64,000 nucleotides of DNA from Deltaproteobacteria bacterium (GTDB lineage: Bacteria; Desulfobacterota; GWC2-55-46; DRME01): positions 1,782 to 65,781 of the forward strand of contig DRME01000072.1 in the NCBI GenBank assembly GCA_011375175.1. Reading direction: 5' to 3'. Shown here piece after piece: positions 1 through 8,345 of this stretch (its first letter is position 1; every line of letters starts with the position of its first letter). Both the position numbers and the translations under genes were made by a program. The notes under the pieces were generated by a model. It saw only the letters and a program-made list of their open reading frames with translations, was not told the DNA's origin and ran no database searches.

Positions 1-548
1 GCGGAAGCGGACCGGCGAGAGGCCGGCGGCGTAGCTCACGAGGTCCCACGGTATGTTCATGAGCCGCAGCATGAGGGTCGTTGAAAAACCCTTCTCTCTC
101 CACCGCTCGTCCATGCGCCGCACCAGGGCCTTTCGCCCCAGGTGTTTCGTAACGGCCTCGCGCAGCACGATGCGGGCCGCGTAGAAGCCCACGACCGTCG
201 AGGCCATACCCCCGAGGGCCACGTAGAGCGTGCCCATAAGAGGGCCGAAGAGCGCGCCCGCCACGACGGTCAGTCCCAGGGATGGGACGAAGAAGAGCAG
301 CGGCTTCACGGCGCACAGCCCGATGAAGACGAGGGGCGCGACGGCCCCCTGTCTCTCGACGAAGGCCCTTACCGAGGCGGCGTCCAGGCCCGGAAGGTTC
401 AGGGCTACCGCCAGGGCCGCGCCGACGGCCGCCGTCGATGCCAGGAGTTTCAGGGGACCGGCCCCGGCGCCGCGGCCCCACTGCGCCGAGTCCCGAGCTT
501 CGCCGCGGCTGTCCCCGCACGCCCAGGCGCTCCTTTCAGTAGAACTCA
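1..548 (-). CDS. DedA/TVP38/TMEM64-family membrane protein; N-terminal part only, the C-terminus lies beyond the window start
   Basis: Reverse-strand translation from the ATG at complement 546-548 gives MSSTERSAW...FVERQGAVAPLVFIGLCAVKPLLFFVPSLGLTVVAGALFGPLMGTLYVALGGMASTVVGFYAARIVLRE...MNIPWDLVSYAAGLSPVRF. Hydrophobic helices and the SNARE-associated/DedA signature are present. Not in the ORF track because no stop occurs in-window. Confidence 0.6.
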
Positions 549-1276
549 TCTTCCTCACCGGTGAGGACCGCCACGCCCTCGGGCGGCGTGAAGGTGAAGG
601 CGTCGGCCGGGAGAGGGGGGTTGAGCCGCACGTCGAAGAGCTCGGTCCTGGTGAGCGCCCCGCCCCTGCCCCGCAGCTCGATGAGCCGCGGCGCGCCGTC
701 GCCGCCGTAGCGTATGCACAGGGACTCGACGAACCGGCCGGCGAGCGCGCTCTTCGGCCTCAGCGAAAGGTCGCTGTATGCGCCGCCGTCGCGGACGGTC
801 ACGACGAACCTCTCTTCCAGGGCGCCGAGCGAGTGCGTCGCCCTGGAGAAGAACTCCATGGCGGTGCGCACGCCGGGGTCGTCCGCCACGGCCCGCTTGC
901 GGACCACGCCCTCCCCGGGGCTGTAGACCCAGAGGGTCCGGCCGTCCGAGACGACCACGAGCCTTTCGGGCTCCGTCACCTCCCAGCGCATGAGACCGGG
1001 ACGGCCGAGAAGGAGCGAGCCGCCGGAGCGTATCTCCCCTTTCAGCAGGACCGTGCGTTTGTACTGGCGGAACGACGCGGAGAGCGTCTCCACGGCCCCG
1101 GCGAGCCCCTGGAGCCGCTCGAGCTCGGCGGCCCGGCGCTCTCCCTCGAGCACTGGGCCTTCGCAGGGGCCGGGAGCCAGGCCATCGCCGCCGGCGTGGG
1201 CGGAGAGGGCCGTCGCCGCGGCGAACCCCATCGCGGCGAACCACACTGCGGCTAACCCCATCGCGGCGAGCCCCAT
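536..1276 (-). CDS. LolA-like outer-membrane lipoprotein carrier / lipoprotein-sorting protein with N-terminal signal peptide
   Basis: C-terminal 246 aa of minus ORF 536..2623: MGLAAMGLAAVWFAAMGFAAATALSAHA...LWVYSPGEGVV...FVVTVRDGGAYSDLSLRPKSALAGRFVESLCIRYGGDGAPRLIELRGRGGALTRTELFDVRLNPPL. This is LolA/LppX-like fold composition. The longer 695-aa ORF upstream is antisense to the radical SAM gene and is judged spurious. The start was chosen at the ATG at complement 1274-1276. Confidence 0.5.
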   Translation of the reverse strand: MGLAAMGLAAVWFAAMGFAAATALSAHAGGDGLAPGPCEGPVLEGERRAAELERLQGLAGAVETLSASFRQYKRTVLLKGEIRSGGSLLLGRPGLMRWEVTEPERLVVVSDGRTLWVYSPGEGVVRKRAVADDPGVRTAMEFFSRATHSLGALEERFVVTVRDGGAYSDLSLRPKSALAGRFVESLCIRYGGDGAPRLIELRGRGGALTRTELFDVRLNPPLPADAFTFTPPEGVAVLTGEEDEFY

Positions 1277-1353
1277 GGAACGCAGCCCCCCACGCAGCCC
1301 CCCACGCAGTTCCGCCCCACGCAGCCCCGCCCCGGCGGCCACCGGCGCTTCCT

Positions 1354-2937
1354 CTACGTCCGCCCGCCGGCGGCCTCGGCCCAGGCGCGCTCGACCTTGC
1401 GCCTGAAGGTGTGCCCGGAGTTGTAGGTGCAGAAGGGGTATAGCCTGCCGTTGGACGCCGAGTAGTGGACGGCGCAGCGGCGCACCCGCTCTATCGAGTA
1501 GTTGTAGTTGTCCATGAAGTGCATTCCGAGGATGAAGAAGGTCTTGTAGGTGTGGCCTTTGTGGGCCTCGTCCCACGAGTATTTCTTGTCGGTGTAGCCG
1601 TCGAGGGTGCGGAGGAACTTCCTGAACGTCAGCCCCTCCGGGGCCCTGTCGCCGTGAAAGTGTTTCTTGAGGATCGAGAGGAGCTTGAGGTCCGAGAAGA
1701 GCCTGAACCTGCGTTTCGACGCCCTGGCCGCAAGGGCGTCGATGTCGGCCAGGGCCTTCTTGTAGTCGAGAAAGCGCGTCACCGGCACGGCGCGCCGCCG
1801 GCGGTCCACGAAGAGGAGCGTGCCTATGACGCAGTGGTGGTGGCATGTGTGGTTTGTGAGGTCCCGGCCCGTGAGCGCCATGCCGAGCTTTACGAAGGGG
1901 GTAGCCGAGCTCACGGGGAACCAGTCGGTCCTCGGGTCGGTCAGTCCCGTCTGGAGGCTCACGTCCCTTGCCATGTCGCCCAGCGTGTAACGCTTTTCCA
2001 GGCGCTCGGCCTCGGGGTAGCGGCCCGTGAAGACGACGGGCTGGATCGAGATGCCCGTCACCACGTCGAGGTTCTCGAAGGCGAGCCTCAGGAGAGGTCC
2101 TATCTGGCCGTCGTTTACGCCCCTGACGATGGTGGGCACGAAGATTATGCGAAGCCCGGCCGCTCTCGCCCCCTCGATGGCGGCGAGTTTCCTGTCGAAG
2201 AGCCCGCGCCCCCGGATCTTCTCGTAGACGGCGTCGTCGGTGCCGTCGATCTGGAGATAGAGGTACTGGAGGCCCGCCTCCCTTGCCGCCGCGGCGAAGC
2301 CTTTGTCCGCGAAGCGCAGCCCGTTTGTGGCGCACTGGATGTGCGTGAAGCCGAGCTCGCGCGTCTTCCTTACGATGTCCATGAATCTGGGGTGCACCGT
2401 CGGCTCGCCGCCCGTGTACTGGACCGTCGCCGCCGGCGCGGGCCGCTGGGCGCGGAGCCTCTCGAGCATGCAGACGATCTCCTCGTAGGAGGGCTCGTAG
2501 GGATTGGTGTTCGAGTCGGCGAAGCAGACGTTGCAGCTCAGGTTGCAGCGGGCCGTGAGGTCCACGTTGGCGAGCGAGGTGTGGGTGGTGTGCATGTTGC
2601 AGATGCCGCACGACGAGGGACACCGCGCGGCGCCGCGAACCTGCGGGTTTTCAAGGCCCCGGCCGTCGCCGAAGTGCCAGTCCTCGAGCTCGAGGTAGAG
2701 CTCGGCGTCGGAGAAGACGAGGTCCCGGAACGTGCCGTGGTCGGGACAGGTCTTGGCGGACATGACGCGGCCGTCTTCGACGAAGTAGCGCGCCCTGACC
2801 ACCTTCAGGCACTCGGGGCATATGGAGTCCACCGTCTTGGGCAGCCCCCTTGTGAGCGGCGGGATGGGCGAGCCCGACAGCGTGCAGGCCACCCCCCCTG
2901 CGACAGTCTCCTCTGCGGGATGGATCGATTCGAGCAT
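1354..2937 (-). CDS. Multi-cluster radical SAM enzyme with an N-terminal rubredoxin/zinc-ribbon-like CxxC...CPxH motif; possibly a Tes / GDGT-MAS-like membrane-spanning lipid synthase homolog
   Basis: 527-aa ORF with diverse composition; the + strand ORF 1465..2955 is the GC-mirror artefact. Motifs: CPECLKV...TCPDHG at the N-terminus; CPSSCGIC followed by VDLTARCNLSCNVCFA (canonical radical SAM Cx3Cx2C preceded by a second Cx3Cx2C); a further Cys/His-rich C-terminus (HTCHHHC, YPFCTYN). The architecture matches multi-[4Fe-4S] radical SAM enzymes such as tetraether synthase. The family assignment is inference. Confidence 0.55.
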   Translation of the reverse strand: MLESIHPAEETVAGGVACTLSGSPIPPLTRGLPKTVDSICPECLKVVRARYFVEDGRVMSAKTCPDHGTFRDLVFSDAELYLELEDWHFGDGRGLENPQVRGAARCPSSCGICNMHTTHTSLANVDLTARCNLSCNVCFADSNTNPYEPSYEEIVCMLERLRAQRPAPAATVQYTGGEPTVHPRFMDIVRKTRELGFTHIQCATNGLRFADKGFAAAAREAGLQYLYLQIDGTDDAVYEKIRGRGLFDRKLAAIEGARAAGLRIIFVPTIVRGVNDGQIGPLLRLAFENLDVVTGISIQPVVFTGRYPEAERLEKRYTLGDMARDVSLQTGLTDPRTDWFPVSSATPFVKLGMALTGRDLTNHTCHHHCVIGTLLFVDRRRRAVPVTRFLDYKKALADIDALAARASKRRFRLFSDLKLLSILKKHFHGDRAPEGLTFRKFLRTLDGYTDKKYSWDEAHKGHTYKTFFILGMHFMDNYNYSIERVRRCAVHYSASNGRLYPFCTYNSGHTFRRKVERAWAEAAGGRT

Positions 2938-3085
2938 GGCAGTCTCCTTGGTTAGACGCCTTTATCAAGCCCGCTGATCTTATTAAAAAATACCCAGCTT
3001 GGCAAGGAAAAACATGGAACCGGCGCCGTCGCTTCGGGCCTTCGGACGGGAGGACTCAAGTTGCGGCCCTCACGATGCGATAAGC

Positions 3086-3480
3086 TTATATAATTGCCCT
3101 GAGGGAACCTTTTTGAAAAAAGGTTCCCTCAGACTCCCTCCAAAAACTTTCGACGCGAGTTGGTTTCCCCCTGTTTTGCCTGGCAAAACAGGGGGAAACC
3201 AACTCGTATCGAAAGTCTTTGAAGGGGGTCTGGGGGAAACTTTCTACAGAAAGTTTCCCCCAGAGCAATTAAAGGGGGCGTCCTGCCCGTGCCGGCCGTC
3301 TCGGGGGGGCTGTACCGGGGGGTTCGGGCCGCAAAGGCGTAAAAATCCCGCCTGGCGCGGGCCGAACCCCCGGTACAGCCGAACATCCGAATAACATACG
3401 ATGGGTCCGGGAGAAATGCGGGCCTGTGGCCCTTTTTCAGAAAGTCTCTCCCGGTGAAACAAATCAGAGCTTCCTATTGA
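3086..3480. repeat. MITE-like modular hairpin repeat element, copy 1 (family described in findings)
   Basis: Perfect palindrome cctgagggaacctttttgaaaaaaggttccctcag. Long imperfect inverted repeat ccaaaaactttcgacgcgagttggtttccccctgttttgcc / ggcaaaacagggggaaaccaactcgtatcgaaagtctttgaagg. Hairpin ggctgtaccggggggttcgggccgcaaaggcgtaaaaatcccgcctggcgcgggccgaacccccggtacagcc. Right end aatcagagcttcc. The same modules recur at 10 other sites. Confidence 0.8.
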
Positions 3481-3519
3481 TAATCATCGTCCGATATGGT
3501 AAGTAGCCTCCTGGCTCGC

Positions 3520-3700
3520 CGCCGTGGTGGGGAGGTGGGATGGTGTGCCTGAGTCTTTGAAGGGGGCGTCGTATGCCCGCGGCGGTTGCCTCGGGGAGGC
3601 CGTACCGGGGTTCGGGCCGCAAAGGCGTAAAGATCCCGCCTGGCGCGGGCCGAACCCCGGTACGGCCGAAGAACCGAGGCACGGACGCCTCAATCGGGGG
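3520..3700. repeat. Second partial copy of the same repeat family (ccgtaccggggttcgggccgcaaaggcgtaaagatcccgcctggcgcgggccgaaccccggtacggcc module)
   Basis: Shares the conserved cgggccgcaaaggcgtaaaaatcccgcctggcgcgggccgaa core and flanking ttgaaggggg with copy 1 and the other copies. Confidence 0.7.
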
Positions 3701-3773
3701 AGGGCCGCTCCAGCGAGGCGTTTTTTTGTGCCCGCGGCAGGCGGGGCATCCGTATCGAGTTGGCAGGTGGAAT

Positions 3774-5198
3774 ATGAGACGTCTTGTTCCGGCGTGGGCC
3801 GTGCTCTCTCTGGCGGCCGTTGTGCTGCTCTCCTGCGAGGCTGTGCCGCTTGGCGGGAGGGGCTCCTTCGACCCGGCGGCATCGAGGCTGCTCCTCTACA
3901 TCCACTCCACGTCGCCGTCGCCGCCGGAAGTGGCCTTCACCATAGAGTCCATAGAGATAGAGTCGGCCGACGGTGAGTGGGGGACCCTCGTCGACAGGAC
4001 GATAGACGTCGACTCCAGGGTGCTTGCGGCCGGTCAGCGTTTCCTTGGCGAGAGCTTCGTAAGGCCGGGCGCCTACAAGGCCGTGAGGCTCGTTGTGAGC
4101 CGGGCCTCCACGGGGGGCGAGGGCGAGAGGGTGAGCCTTGCGCTGCCCGAGCCCGAGGGCACCGTCGTCTTCACAAGGCAGCTCAAGCTCGAGCGCGGCG
4201 AGAGCACGGTCCTCTCCTTTGCCTGGGACGCCGACAGGTCGATTGAAAAGGGGTACCGCTTCTCGCCCGACATCGCCATGGAGGTCCAGGTCCACTCGGC
4301 CCGGGGGCTTCTGCTCTTCGTCTCCAACAGCGGCTCCAACTACCTTTCCATCATAGACCGCAGCCTCGAAAGGGTGGTCGGCGCCGTGACGGTGGGCTCG
4401 CGGCCCATGGGCATGGCCCTCAACGAGACGGCCAACCGTATCTACGTCGTGGGCCGCGGCTCCGGCGAGATCACCGTCGTCGACGCCGTCCACCTCCAGG
4501 TGCTCGACAGGATCGTCCTCACCACCGGCGTGGATCCCACGGACATAGCCTTCATGCCGGAGAGGGAGGGCGCGGCCGACGGGAAGCTCTACATCGTCAA
4601 CCGCATCAGCAACGACGTGACCGTCGTGAGCACAACCGCAAGGCGCGTCATCGGCGTCATCCCCGTGGGCATGAGGCCCGCCTTCATAGCATCGGACCCG
4701 GAGCGCCGCGAGCTCTACGTGGTCAACGAGAGGTCCAACGACCTGCACATCATAAGCGCCGTCGACGACCGCGTGGTGGCCGTCGTGCCCGTCGACCAGA
4801 ACCCCGGCGGGGTGGCGGTCAAGGACGGCTCGGTCTACGTCTTCTGCGAGGGCGCCAACAGGATAAACATAGTCTCGCCGTCGCAGCGCAAGGTGGTGAG
4901 CACGTTCACCGTCGTGGACCCGCCGCGACGGGGCGCAGTCGGCTTCGGCGGCAGGCTCTTCGTGGCCAACACGGCGGTCGATACCCTGACCTTCTTCAAC
5001 ACGCTCAACGTCCCCACCAGGACCATACCGGCAGGCCCCGGCCCCATCGCCTTCGCCGGCGACGAGCGCCGCAACCGCCTCTATATCTCCAACTTCAACG
5101 GCGACACCGTCTCCGTGGCCGACCCCTTCGCCGAAAGGCTCTTGAAGGAGCTTCGCGTCGGGGAAAATCCTTACGGGCTTCTCATCTTAGACAGGTGA
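3774..5198 (+). CDS. YVTN-family beta-propeller repeat lipoprotein (N-terminal DUF4382-like domain plus about six 40-residue YVTN blades)
   Basis: Start ATG 3774 (MRRLVPAWAVLSLAAVVLLSC, lipobox). Repeated blades: RIYVVGRGSGEITVVD, KLYIVNRISNDVTVVS, ELYVVNERSNDLHIIS, SVYVFCEGANRINIVS, RLFVANTAVDTLTFF, RLYISNFNGDTVSVAD. Stop TGA 5196-5198, one nt before the next gene's ATG. Confidence 0.75.
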   Translation: MRRLVPAWAVLSLAAVVLLSCEAVPLGGRGSFDPAASRLLLYIHSTSPSPPEVAFTIESIEIESADGEWGTLVDRTIDVDSRVLAAGQRFLGESFVRPGAYKAVRLVVSRASTGGEGERVSLALPEPEGTVVFTRQLKLERGESTVLSFAWDADRSIEKGYRFSPDIAMEVQVHSARGLLLFVSNSGSNYLSIIDRSLERVVGAVTVGSRPMGMALNETANRIYVVGRGSGEITVVDAVHLQVLDRIVLTTGVDPTDIAFMPEREGAADGKLYIVNRISNDVTVVSTTARRVIGVIPVGMRPAFIASDPERRELYVVNERSNDLHIISAVDDRVVAVVPVDQNPGGVAVKDGSVYVFCEGANRINIVSPSQRKVVSTFTVVDPPRRGAVGFGGRLFVANTAVDTLTFFNTLNVPTRTIPAGPGPIAFAGDERRNRLYISNFNGDTVSVADPFAERLLKELRVGENPYGLLILDR

Positions 5199-5199
5199 C

Positions 5200-7335
5200 A
5201 TGAGACGATCTCCCCTGGCAAAGCTCCTTGTGTCGCTGCCCTTGGCGGCGCTGTGGCTGTGGCCCCTTTCGGGCCGGGCCATGGCCGACGTCTACGCCCA
5301 GGCGGACCTCAACTACCAGAAGTCCAGGACCCGCAGCGCGACCCTCGACACCGAGCAGGTCCGCCTGGTCCAGGGCTACACCCTCGGCTTCAGCCGGGAC
5401 CTGACAAGGACCATAAGGCTCGCCGCCGACGTGCGGCTCACCGTCTCGGATGTGGACGGCGACAAGAGCGAGAGCCTCTTCCCGCAGCTCACCCTCGACT
5501 TCAGGCCGCCGAGCTTCTACTACTTCACCATGGGGTTCAGCAGGACCGAGACGGCTCCGTCCGAGGGGGACCGCCTCTCCACGTCGATCCTCAACGCCTC
5601 GCTCGTGCTCCCCTTCGAGAAGTGGCCCTCCGTCTCGCTCACCTACAACCGGTCGACCATGGAGGACTTCGCCGTCCCCAAGAAGACCGACTCCGTCTCG
5701 AGCATCCTCGGCGCCACGGCCGACTACAACACCACGCTCCTCGACACCGACGTGGCCCTGAGCTACTCCTTCAACAACACCGTCACCGAGGACAGGGTCT
5801 CGGACGTGGAGACCGAGTCGCCGACACACAACGTGACGGCCAACCTGGCGCGCTCGTTCTTCAGGAAGGCGCTCTGGGTGAGGGGCTACGCCGGCTATTA
5901 CACCCAGGAGACCAAGAGCACGAGCATCGGCACGCCCACGAGGTTCGAAGAGACGGCGAGCCCCGACTTCGGCTTCTACGTCCCCTTTGACGACACGCCC
6001 GCAGTGACGACGCTCGTCGACACCGGCGTCGTCACCGAGCTCACCGACAAGAACACGTCGAGCTCCGCCGGCATCGACCTCGATCAGCCCTACAGGAGCA
6101 TCGGTCTGAAGTTCACGCTGCCCCAGACGATCCACAAGCTCTACTACTACATCACCACCACCGACTACACCAACTTCCAGAACGTCTTCAGGAACTACGG
6201 CTGGTACGTCTACTGGAGCAACGACGGCACCAACTGGAAGGCGGTCACGGGCCTGACGATAAATTACGACTCGGCCTTCAAGCGCCTGGTCTTCAACTTC
6301 GTCGAGACGAGCGCCAAGTACTTCAAGGTCGTCAACACCCAGGTGCCGCTCGTCTCGCAGACCGTGTCGGCCACCGAGATCGAGGCCCTGAGATATATCC
6401 TCACGACGCCGAAGGAGACGATCACCTTCGGCACGGACAGGGACTTCGGCGGCTTCAGCCTCGCCTTCTCCCCGCGTTCGTGGTTCAACATCCGCTATGA
6501 CCTGTCGTTCGAACACTTCAGGCAGGACTCGAACGACCTTGAGAACACGTCGGTCACCCACGCCGTGAACTCAAGCCTCGTCGTCTCGCCGCGCTACCTC
6601 GTCATACAGTCGGGCCTGTCGCGCAACATCCTCGATTCCTCCCAGCGGCTCGCGGGCACCACAACCGCCACCTCCCTCGAGACGGAGAGCTCCAACTACA
6701 CGCTCACCCTCAGCTCCAACCCCCTCGACACCCTGAGCTCGAGCCTCACCTTCGGCCGCTTCGACTCCAAGGAGGACGGCGTAATGATATCGACAAACCG
6801 CAACGCCAACCTGGCCGCCAACATGGTCCTCTACTCCGGCATAGACCTCACTCTGACCTCGACGGTCACGAACATAGAGGAGTTCCGCTCCGACCAGACC
6901 ACCGATTCCGTCTCCCATCTCTACAACCTGCGGCTCACTCCCTGGGAGACGGTGACGGTCATCTTCAACGGCGGCCTCATCTCCAGCAGCGTGCACTCCA
7001 AGTCCGGCACCAGGGACTCGGACCTGAACTCTCTGGAGATGATGCTCTCCTACACGCCGACGCGCAAGCTCTACCTCTCCATGGTATGGACCATGGAGCC
7101 CACGGATGCGAAGATCGTCACGCTGGCGTGGCTGCCGACCGCCGCCTTCCAGCTCAACATGCGCTACGGCCTGACCGATACCACAACGAACGCGGGCCTG
7201 GACCTCAGCTGGAGCCCCATACGCAAGCTCTCCGTCTCGGTGGGCTACAACAGGGCGGAGACGGAGGATGTGAGCAGGAGCGTCGTCACCAAGGTGGACT
7301 CCTTTTACGCCAGGTTCTCGGCCCGCTTCGAATAG
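5200..7335 (+). CDS. Large (711 aa) outer-membrane beta-barrel protein of unknown function; candidate porin component
   Basis: Signal peptide MRRSPLAKLLVSLPLAALWLWPLSGRAMA. Amphipathic beta-strand pattern throughout (alternating hydrophobic residues rich in T/S/Y/N/D) and C-terminal strand ...VDSFYARFSARFE. No cysteines or CxxCH. The ATG is 1 nt after the upstream lipoprotein stop (translational coupling). Confidence 0.6.
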   Translation: MRRSPLAKLLVSLPLAALWLWPLSGRAMADVYAQADLNYQKSRTRSATLDTEQVRLVQGYTLGFSRDLTRTIRLAADVRLTVSDVDGDKSESLFPQLTLDFRPPSFYYFTMGFSRTETAPSEGDRLSTSILNASLVLPFEKWPSVSLTYNRSTMEDFAVPKKTDSVSSILGATADYNTTLLDTDVALSYSFNNTVTEDRVSDVETESPTHNVTANLARSFFRKALWVRGYAGYYTQETKSTSIGTPTRFEETASPDFGFYVPFDDTPAVTTLVDTGVVTELTDKNTSSSAGIDLDQPYRSIGLKFTLPQTIHKLYYYITTTDYTNFQNVFRNYGWYVYWSNDGTNWKAVTGLTINYDSAFKRLVFNFVETSAKYFKVVNTQVPLVSQTVSATEIEALRYILTTPKETITFGTDRDFGGFSLAFSPRSWFNIRYDLSFEHFRQDSNDLENTSVTHAVNSSLVVSPRYLVIQSGLSRNILDSSQRLAGTTTATSLETESSNYTLTLSSNPLDTLSSSLTFGRFDSKEDGVMISTNRNANLAANMVLYSGIDLTLTSTVTNIEEFRSDQTTDSVSHLYNLRLTPWETVTVIFNGGLISSSVHSKSGTRDSDLNSLEMMLSYTPTRKLYLSMVWTMEPTDAKIVTLAWLPTAAFQLNMRYGLTDTTTNAGLDLSWSPIRKLSVSVGYNRAETEDVSRSVVTKVDSFYARFSARFE

Positions 7336-7392
7336 AGGAGGACGCGGCGCCGGGCAAACGGAGGGAATGCGCCGGAAAAGGAAGAAAAGTGG

Positions 7393-7421
7393 TTGAACTG
7401 TCAGGGATTGAAAGGTATAAT
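7393..7421 (+). promoter_or_regulatory. Sigma70-like promoter (TTGAAC - 17 nt - TATAAT)
   Basis: TTGAAC at 7393-7398, a 17-nt spacer, TATAAT at 7416-7421, in an AT-rich island between the OMP gene and the lipoprotein gene starting at 7597. Confidence 0.5.
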
Positions 7422-7596
7422 GCCTATTGGTTAATTTTTTTTAATAAATCTCCGTACGAACCTGTTTTTCCGGAGGTCCCGGTCGGACCGGCCGGATTTG
7501 CGGGTTCATCGGCGTCTTTTGTCGCTCCCCCGTAGTACGATTGTTTTCGGTTTGAAAAGTGTAACATATAAAACCATTGAAAGCCATGAGGGGATA

Positions 7597-8184
7597 ATGT
7601 ATAATTTACTGAGAAGACACATCGTTTGCGGTCTTGTGCTTGCGGCGCTGCTGGCAGGGGGTTGCGCGCCCACATCGCTCATATACATAAGCCCTTCGGC
7701 CAACTTCTCCTACATCAAGAAGGTGGCCGTGCTGCCCTTCAACAACCTGAGCGAGGACCGTTACGCCGGAGAGCGGGTGCGCAGCATCGTCACCGTCGAC
7801 CTCATGAGCCGCCAGGTCTTCGAGGTCATGGAGCAGGGCGAGGTCTCCAAGGTCCTGAGCATCATCTTCAGGGAAGAGGGCTTCGAAGAGGGGAGGGCGG
7901 TGCAGGTCGACAAGGAGACGCTCAACCTCATAGAGCAGCGTCTCGGCGTGCAGGCCGTCATCCTCGGAAGCGTCGACGAGTACTCGGGAGGACGCTACGG
8001 CGGCAACACGGTCGTCTCCATCTCGCTGAGGATGCTCGACACGAGCTCGGGGATCATCCTCTGGCAGGTGAGCGTAACGGAGCTGGGCGGCAGCATATGG
8101 CGCAAGCTCATCGGCCTGGAGGACATAGACAAGAGCGTCCTTACCCAGCGGGCCGTGAAGAGGGCACTGGACACGCTGGTCTGA
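7597..8184 (+). CDS. Lipoprotein with TolB-N/LpoB/CsgG-like domain (paralog 1 of 3)
   Basis: ATG 7597 with SD gagggga upstream. MYNLLRRHIVCGLVLAALLAGGC lipobox. Core KKVAVLPFNNLSEDRYAGERVRSIVTVDLMS...VQAVILGSVDEYSGG...ISLRMLDTSSGIILWQ. Paralogous to the N-terminus of 8346..10745 and to 12574..13143. Confidence 0.65.
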   Translation: MYNLLRRHIVCGLVLAALLAGGCAPTSLIYISPSANFSYIKKVAVLPFNNLSEDRYAGERVRSIVTVDLMSRQVFEVMEQGEVSKVLSIIFREEGFEEGRAVQVDKETLNLIEQRLGVQAVILGSVDEYSGGRYGGNTVVSISLRMLDTSSGIILWQVSVTELGGSIWRKLIGLEDIDKSVLTQRAVKRALDTLV

Positions 8185-8345
8185 GGCCGGAGCGCAGAGT
8201 GCGGTTCTTGCCGGCTCCGGGCGGGGGCGGCCCCCGCGAACAAGGGTGTGACGGGAGGCGGTAGGGGAGCGGCTTGCGCCGGGATCGCCCGGGACCCGCT
8301 GCCGTCGCCGGGAAGAGGCCGCCAAGCGGCTAAGGATGATTCGTT

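Noticed and set aside
536-2623. 695-aa minus-strand ORF
   Set aside because: Only its C-terminal about 246 aa (LolA-like) look genuine. The N-terminal 450 aa are R/P/G/H-rich antisense translation of the radical SAM gene in another frame.
1465-2955. 496-aa + strand ORF overlapping the radical SAM gene
   Set aside because: Composition dominated by V/G/E/A/R/H with no motifs. It is the mirror-frame artefact typical of high-GC DNA opposite the real minus-strand radical SAM gene (which has Cys motifs and balanced composition).
3300-3370. tRNA-like GGTTCGGGCCG motif inside the repeat modules
   Set aside because: It superficially resembles a T-arm, but no acceptor stem, D-arm or anticodon arm can be drawn. 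The motif is part of a long symmetric hairpin repeated in every copy. No tRNA called.
5182-6561. 459-aa minus ORF (also 3690..4748, 7995..10307, 10822..11970, 15937..17004, 17205..18320, 20307..21821, 24897..26285, 26147..27478, 27542..29272, 29925..31184, 32091..33602, 33605..34855, 35895..37289, 42531..44417, 45339..46856, 46965..48977)
   Set aside because: All are long antisense ORFs lacking stop codons because of GC3 bias, with R/G/A/V/H/E-rich composition and no domain signatures. Each lies opposite a + strand gene with clear family motifs.
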